Below are positions 32,536-37,745 of a stretch of DNA of 37,745 nt, piece by piece. The first letter of the stretch is position 1. Each line of letters starts with the position of its first letter. Both the position numbers and the translations under genes were made by a program. The notes beneath the pieces are model-generated. The model ran no database searches. It was not told the DNA's origin and saw nothing but the letters and a program-made list of their open reading frames with translations. This DNA is from Coniocarpon cinnabarinum (taxonomy: Eukaryota), in NCBI GenBank assembly GCA_051942205.1, contig JAVECO010000005.1, positions 248,001-285,745 of the forward strand, in the 5' to 3' direction.

Positions 32536-33293
32536 CCACATAAAACCCTCAACACCCAGATACCTGTGCCCATATAAACGTATGCCTTTTCATAACCCCG
32601 CAATTCAATAAATTCAACGACGCGCAATCATTTATAGAACTCATTCATATCACAACCTCTCCCATCCATCCTAAAATCCAATCAAAACACACACTTCCCT
32701 AAATAAATTACAATCTATTAATTGCAATCAACTAATTGCAATCAACTCATTTCAACCTCTTCCATCATCTCTATATCTTCAAAATAAAGACCACCGAAAG
32801 ATTCCACCAAAGCTTAGCCATAAGAAAACACCCAGACCCACCCAACTCCGGCGACTGAGGAAAAAGAAAAGGCCAAACTAGAAATCAACATGATGAGAAG
32901 GGAGAAATCGGTAAAGAAAATCAATTCTGAAGCAACACACGAAGGAGCCTTTGAAGCCCCAAATCGTAATCGAAGCAAGAATGGACATAGGGCGATGCTC
33001 TATGAATATTCATGTAGTCTTGGAATTCCCAAGTCACAGTGAAAAGAAGACACATAAAGTCAAGACTAGTGGTTTTCCTCGAGAAGATGAGAGAGTCTTT
33101 GTGGCTGTCTACTCGAGAGTCTATCTAGCTCATTCACATGTTTACGCATTACTCATTACATATTGGGTTTCAATATCATACAGCATAACATTCGTGTGAG
33201 GAAAAGTGTGTGCCATCCAGCCGGAGCGCCGAAAATGCGATCAATGATGCTGCTCATGCGGGGGCTCCGGAGGAAAAGAGTGGAGTCTATGAC

Positions 33294-34804
33294 TCAGAGT
33301 GGCCAAGCCTGGTCCCCGCCGTCCTCGTGCTCTTCAGCGGGCGTGAATGGAGTAATCTCGATAGATGGCACGAGCGCCAAAGAGGACAGCTGAGGCGCCT
33401 CGGCTGAGACTGTGTTGTAAAAAGGCGAACCGGCAAAGGCCGGCATGTGGACGCTCTTTTTGTGCTCATTGTCTTGTGGATGCGCTGACGCACCCACTTG
33501 TGACCCAGCCGGGTCGATGGTGACATTGATCGCAGAAATTGAGTCGGTAGGCGGGCCGGAGGGGGTTGCATCGGCCAACGTGGCCACATGAACACTGTCG
33601 ATTTGCTGCACATTCTGCGAGGCGACTGCTGGATTGTAGAATGGGGAGTAAGCAAGACAGGGCGCCTGAACGGCGGAAGCTCCCGATTCCGGCCCGTCCG
33701 TGTTCGCAACAATGGTGATGCCAGGTGAAGATTGGCCCGAATGATTGCCAATGGAATTGACCGAGATGTCGCTGGCGCTGTATGGCAGCGGAGGAGGCAG
33801 AGCGCCGAGATCAGTCGTGTTGAGTCCAGGGTGTCCAGCAATAGCGGCGGCTTCGGGGAGAAGGGGACGGTCTGAGCCAGTGGAGTTAGCACGGATCCGG
33901 CTGCCGTCGTGACGTGCCACTCCAAGAGCACCATAGTCGACACTCGCAAACCTGCGACCCCGCTGGTTCTTTCGATGCTGGTCGAGCATTTGAGCGGCCG
34001 TTGGCCTGCTTGGGCTGCCTTGGCGTGCGCGCTGGCTCTCGCGGCGCAGTGCCTCCAGTGCGTCTCGATCATTGCGAGCACGCGCCTCACGACGACGCGT
34101 TCTACGCTCTTCGCGAGCATCGCGCTCTTCCCGACGGCGTGTACGGATTTGAAACATACCTAACATGTCCGCCTCACGTCGGGCTTCCTCCTCGGACTCA
34201 TCTTCGGGAAATTCGATGACTGCGTCCATACCCGCGCGCTCGCCTTCACGCCCGATGATTTCTTCATGTTCACGAGCGTCAGCAGAATATGATGGTAAAG
34301 TCATGATACTCCGGACGGACGCACGCTGGTTCGTGGTACCATCGTAATTATTACCAATGCCGCCACTGTTTCGACCAGTGCGATTAAGGGTTTGGAGGGG
34401 CGTGATGGAGGTATTGCTGTGTGACTGTTGAACCGCGGTTGGGAGTGTGCCTGAGGCATTGCGAGATCCAAACCTCGTGGGTCGACATCGGGTGAGCCAA
34501 GAGAAGAAGGCATTTGCCGCTGAATTTGAACCTGCGTTGGGAAGAGAACCGGAGCGGGGACCGCTGCCACGTTTGTTATACTTGATGCAGCAGAACAAGA
34601 TGCAGAGAATTCCCATTAGGACAGCCAGGGACGCCTGTCAAGCAAAATATGGGTCAGCTTGGTGATCACAAAGAGGGGAGCAAATGACGGCTCCTCGGTA
34701 GAGCAATTCAGAAAGGTACATACCATCGTGATCCCGACGATCATGCCGGTGTGGCCTGATTCCTCGCGTTTGGCGAATTGATGCAACAACAAGATTGGGG
34801 CCAT
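33294..34804 (-). CDS. Conserved fungal single-pass membrane protein with an Arg/Glu-rich coiled coil, 2 exons (34804-34724, 34634-33294)
   Basis: GTATGT...GCTGAC...CAG intron joins MIVGITM|ASLAVLMGILCILFCCI, a TM helix. Motifs SVRSIMTLPSY and IGREGERAGMDAVIEFPE are familiar from uncharacterised Pezizomycotina proteins. Confidence 0.85.
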
Positions 34805-36073
34805 GGCGACTGTTGACTCCGTGGAATTTGACGACCTCGAGATATATTCAAACTGCAAACGATTTGACTGCAGCAACGTAAGCGAGGATGCAGCAGATCT
34901 GGTGAGAGGGGGTTGATCGAACCCAAAATAGAAACAGATTGTGGGGCGAAGGGCCTCAGCAGAGATGCTCCTCGGACGGCGAGAGCAGCACAATCAGTGA
35001 GCACGACGGTCGACGAGACAGCGCTGGCGAGGAGCGGTGGAGATAAAGAACGACGAAACAGAAAGCGAGGAAGAAGTCGCTGCCGCGGGTGGATGCAAAG
35101 AAGGAAATGCGGCGTCACGACTGCGAGGAAGTGTGGAGGATGTCTGAGAGGAGAGACAGACTGAGAAGCGGGGAGGAGGAGAAAAACATGGTGGGAGGCT
35201 TAGTCAGCCAGTCGAAGCGAGGATGCCGCAGCAAGACGAGGACGCGACGAATCGAGATTGCGGGAGATTGATTGTGGCAGCAGAGACGAGGTGAAGAGCA
35301 AAGAAGAAGAGATGGAGCAGTGAAGGTAGGCGCGCTCTGCCTTGTTAGCCCGCGCCTACTAGAGTCTTGGAAGCTACCAGGGAGTAGGGACCCTCTCGTC
35401 GCTGGCGCCGCCGGCAACTTCCCCTTCCCGCTCCCCGCCTTTCCCAATTGATCCACCGCTCCAGCTCTCACATGCGCTCCAGCTCCCGCTTGGAGACTCA
35501 TCTGGTTCTCTTCACGGCCGTCATGATGGGCCAGGCCTCGCTATCCCTAGGGGCGCCCTCGTCTTGTGGTGGTCGAGGCCCCAGATTGACCAATTTGAGC
35601 TCCGAGGGTGGCAAAGACTGGGCGCCAACTTTTTGCGCGAGGTGGCAGGGCTGATCAGGGCGGATCAGACATCACACGCATCGTCTCATCATCCGATTAC
35701 GTCGGCCCCTTCCGCTTGGCAGTCCACGTGCTGCCCAGATTGCTCGTCAGGTGCCCAATTGGGGAGTGGCAACGAGGCGGTGCTCCGGTCCTTCGGCCTT
35801 TTCAGTTCGCTTGCCTGTGATAGCCGTGATGAGTCGTCTAGACCGCCTTGAGCGACAGCGGGGCCTTTGGAACGGGTTCAGGAAAGAGATTCAGATGGTC
35901 TTGTGGACGACCAAAGACCGGCCTGCGCCGTCATTTGCATTCGTTTCCTCATAATTACGCGATGATGTCTGGGTATCTGTCTTCCTGTCATGCTCTCGTG
36001 CTCCGTGCCACTATGTAATTGAGTCTGAATGCAAGTCTCGCACCACTTATAACCAGTTCTGAATGCAATTCCC

Positions 36074-37612
36074 TCACCACTCGCCCCACATTTCCTTCTC
36101 ATCTTCAACCAAGTCTTCATCGGCGTTAGCTACCCTCCTCGCCATGTCCCGCTGCCGCTGCCTCCTCTCCTCCTTCGTCGCCAGCCTCGGCGTCACTGGC
36201 GTCATGGGCGAGAATGGCATGTAGGGGCTGTACGGTGTCGCAAGCCCAGCGCTGATCAGGCCCGCGCTAGTAGGCTGTCCCATGCCCACAAAACCGGCGG
36301 GATGTCCTGTGTGACTGAATTTATCGCGACGCGGAGATAGCAGGGTCGTTTTGGTCGCGCCGGGCGACGTCGGAGCGGCCGTCGAGCCACCCAGAGAGGT
36401 TGCGCTGGCGGCTGACGCATACTGCCGGAAGGGGAGTTGGTTGGTTGACGAGGTAGCAGAAACAGGTGAGAGCTCCTTTGGAGGCGGCGGCAAGGGAGGA
36501 GGGACATTCGTGTTAATGCGTTGGGGTGCGGGACGAGGCAATGGCCGTGGCTGATCGACTTGTTCGCGAGCGTATGGTTTGGCGAGGCCAATGTCTTGCT
36601 GCTGCTGCTCGAATTCGTCTTGAATTGGTGTAATTGGTCTTGGTCTTGCAGGGGACGGCAGCCGTTCATTTCTTTCCGGATATGTTGGGGACAGTGGTGT
36701 CGTAGCTTCGTCGTCTTTGTCTGCGCCTGGATATTTATTAATTGGTATGGGCGCTGAAATGTTGAGCTTGCGAGGCGATTTTGCGTTCTTGCCCCTACTC
36801 GACCGCTTCTGCTGAACCGTGCTCGAGGCGACTGTACTCTTACTCCTCACGGACGATGCTTCTGACTGGCCACTGTATCTGCTATTCGCACTGGGCTGGT
36901 ATCCATGCTGGTGCACGCTCGACACGAATGAGCGAGGAGAGGTCGGCCCTGGCTCGCCGGCATCTCGAGTCACCAATTGAGGCGGGCGTCGTTGGGAGAA
37001 GCTGCGCTTTGACGCATCGGACAACTGTCTCGTGTGAAGTTGAGGGGTGCCCACCTCCTTCTCCTTGATCGAAATCGACTTGGGCGCCTTGGTTTCGTTG
37101 GAAAAGACGACGTCGTAGATGCGTTCCATTTCAAGCTCCTGCTGAGCCCGGTGAGAAACTACCACGTTGTTGTCAAATGTTGGAGCATGCGAGGAAGCAG
37201 GGCTCTCGGTGGGTGTCTTCTTGTTGGGCCAGTGATTGAAGACTGGCCCATTCTTCGTGACTGGTGAAGGGTCTTGCATCCAGCGACCAGGATTGACCAT
37301 CTCCATCGACAGCGTCCCGTGCGAAGATTGCGCTGCACGCCGTAACCTCCGTCCAACCGTCAGGAGCAGGCTGAAGAGAATCACAACAGTCAACACGTAT
37401 CCACCGACGATTCCCAGAATTTGGTATTTGAGCAGTGCCGGGTCGTTCGTAGCATTCCTAGACAATGGTGGTCTCTCCTCGAGTGGCGGTAGGGTGAGGC
37501 TGTAGTCCGGATCAAAATCCCATAGGTACGACGGTATCGCAAAGGTCATCATTGGCAGCCAGCAGAGCAGGATCGCAACGCGTGATGTAGTGGGAGGTCG
37601 AGGACTTTTCAT
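36074..37612 (-). CDS. Conserved fungal membrane protein with signal peptide, one TM helix and a Pro/Ser-rich cytoplasmic tail
   Basis: Long intronless ORF from ATG 37612. TM helix ILGIVGGYVLTVVILFSLLLTV followed by GRRLRR. C-terminal PYSPYMPFSPMTPVTPRL motif familiar from uncharacterised Pezizomycotina proteins. Confidence 0.85.
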   Translation of the reverse strand: MKSPRPPTTSRVAILLCWLPMMTFAIPSYLWDFDPDYSLTLPPLEERPPLSRNATNDPALLKYQILGIVGGYVLTVVILFSLLLTVGRRLRRAAQSSHGTLSMEMVNPGRWMQDPSPVTKNGPVFNHWPNKKTPTESPASSHAPTFDNNVVVSHRAQQELEMERIYDVVFSNETKAPKSISIKEKEVGTPQLHTRQLSDASKRSFSQRRPPQLVTRDAGEPGPTSPRSFVSSVHQHGYQPSANSRYSGQSEASSVRSKSTVASSTVQQKRSSRGKNAKSPRKLNISAPIPINKYPGADKDDEATTPLSPTYPERNERLPSPARPRPITPIQDEFEQQQQDIGLAKPYAREQVDQPRPLPRPAPQRINTNVPPPLPPPPKELSPVSATSSTNQLPFRQYASAASATSLGGSTAAPTSPGATKTTLLSPRRDKFSHTGHPAGFVGMGQPTSAGLISAGLATPYSPYMPFSPMTPVTPRLATKEERRQRQRDMARRVANADEDLVEDEKEMWGEW

Positions 37613-37745
37613 GGTAGCCGACCTCGCCGTGCGCGCAGTCACACGTCGTGAAGGGTCGGTGTAAGGCAGCAGGGCAACCAGGCGCTTAAGTCCAAAGAGG
37701 GGACTGTGAATTTGTGTGTAGCCAGAAGATCCTCCTCCTTTCCCC

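Noticed and set aside
31605..32627. Long Leu-, Phe- or Ser-rich ORFs on the - strand (340, 243, 199 aa)
   Set aside because: They are by-products of the polypyrimidine strand, which rarely forms stop codons. No independent coding evidence.
30240..32770. Possible LTR pair at ~30240-30330 and ~32650-32765
   Set aside because: Only short C/A-rich words are shared, explained by composition. No TG...CA ends or TSD.
1..37745. tRNA, rRNA, CRISPR arrays, intact transposons or a secondary-metabolite backbone gene
   Set aside because: None recognised. No repeat-spacer array, and no RT, integrase, transposase, PKS or NRPS motifs were seen.

Overview
Eukaryotic genomic DNA from a filamentous ascomycete (Pezizomycotina), judged from short GT/GC-AG introns with CTRAC branch points and typical fungal gene families. 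Conserved-looking genes are: a 5'-truncated OB-fold protein, an MDR-family enoyl-reductase-like oxidoreductase, the mitochondrial calcium uniporter MCU, an 8-exon secreted GH92 alpha-1,2-mannosidase, an Apd1/Aim32-like thioredoxin-like ferredoxin and two single-pass membrane proteins. Between them lie accessory stretches. The most notable discoveries are two tandem triplets of divergent genes I cannot assign to a known family, which the ORF track shows only in fragments. Family A (6.5-11.1 kb, + strand) has conserved exon sizes, a possible Tubby/DUF6593-like barrel, a GC-AG intron present in two copies and absent in the third, and one frameshifted copy. Family B (24.0-27.8 kb, - strand) has a HeLo-like-type hydrophobic N-terminus and runs intact, frameshifted, decayed. 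The window also holds a divergent GGCT/AIG2-like gene and a ~730-bp polypurine tract with a RIP-like signature. All gene models and alignments were made by eye; no database searches were run.
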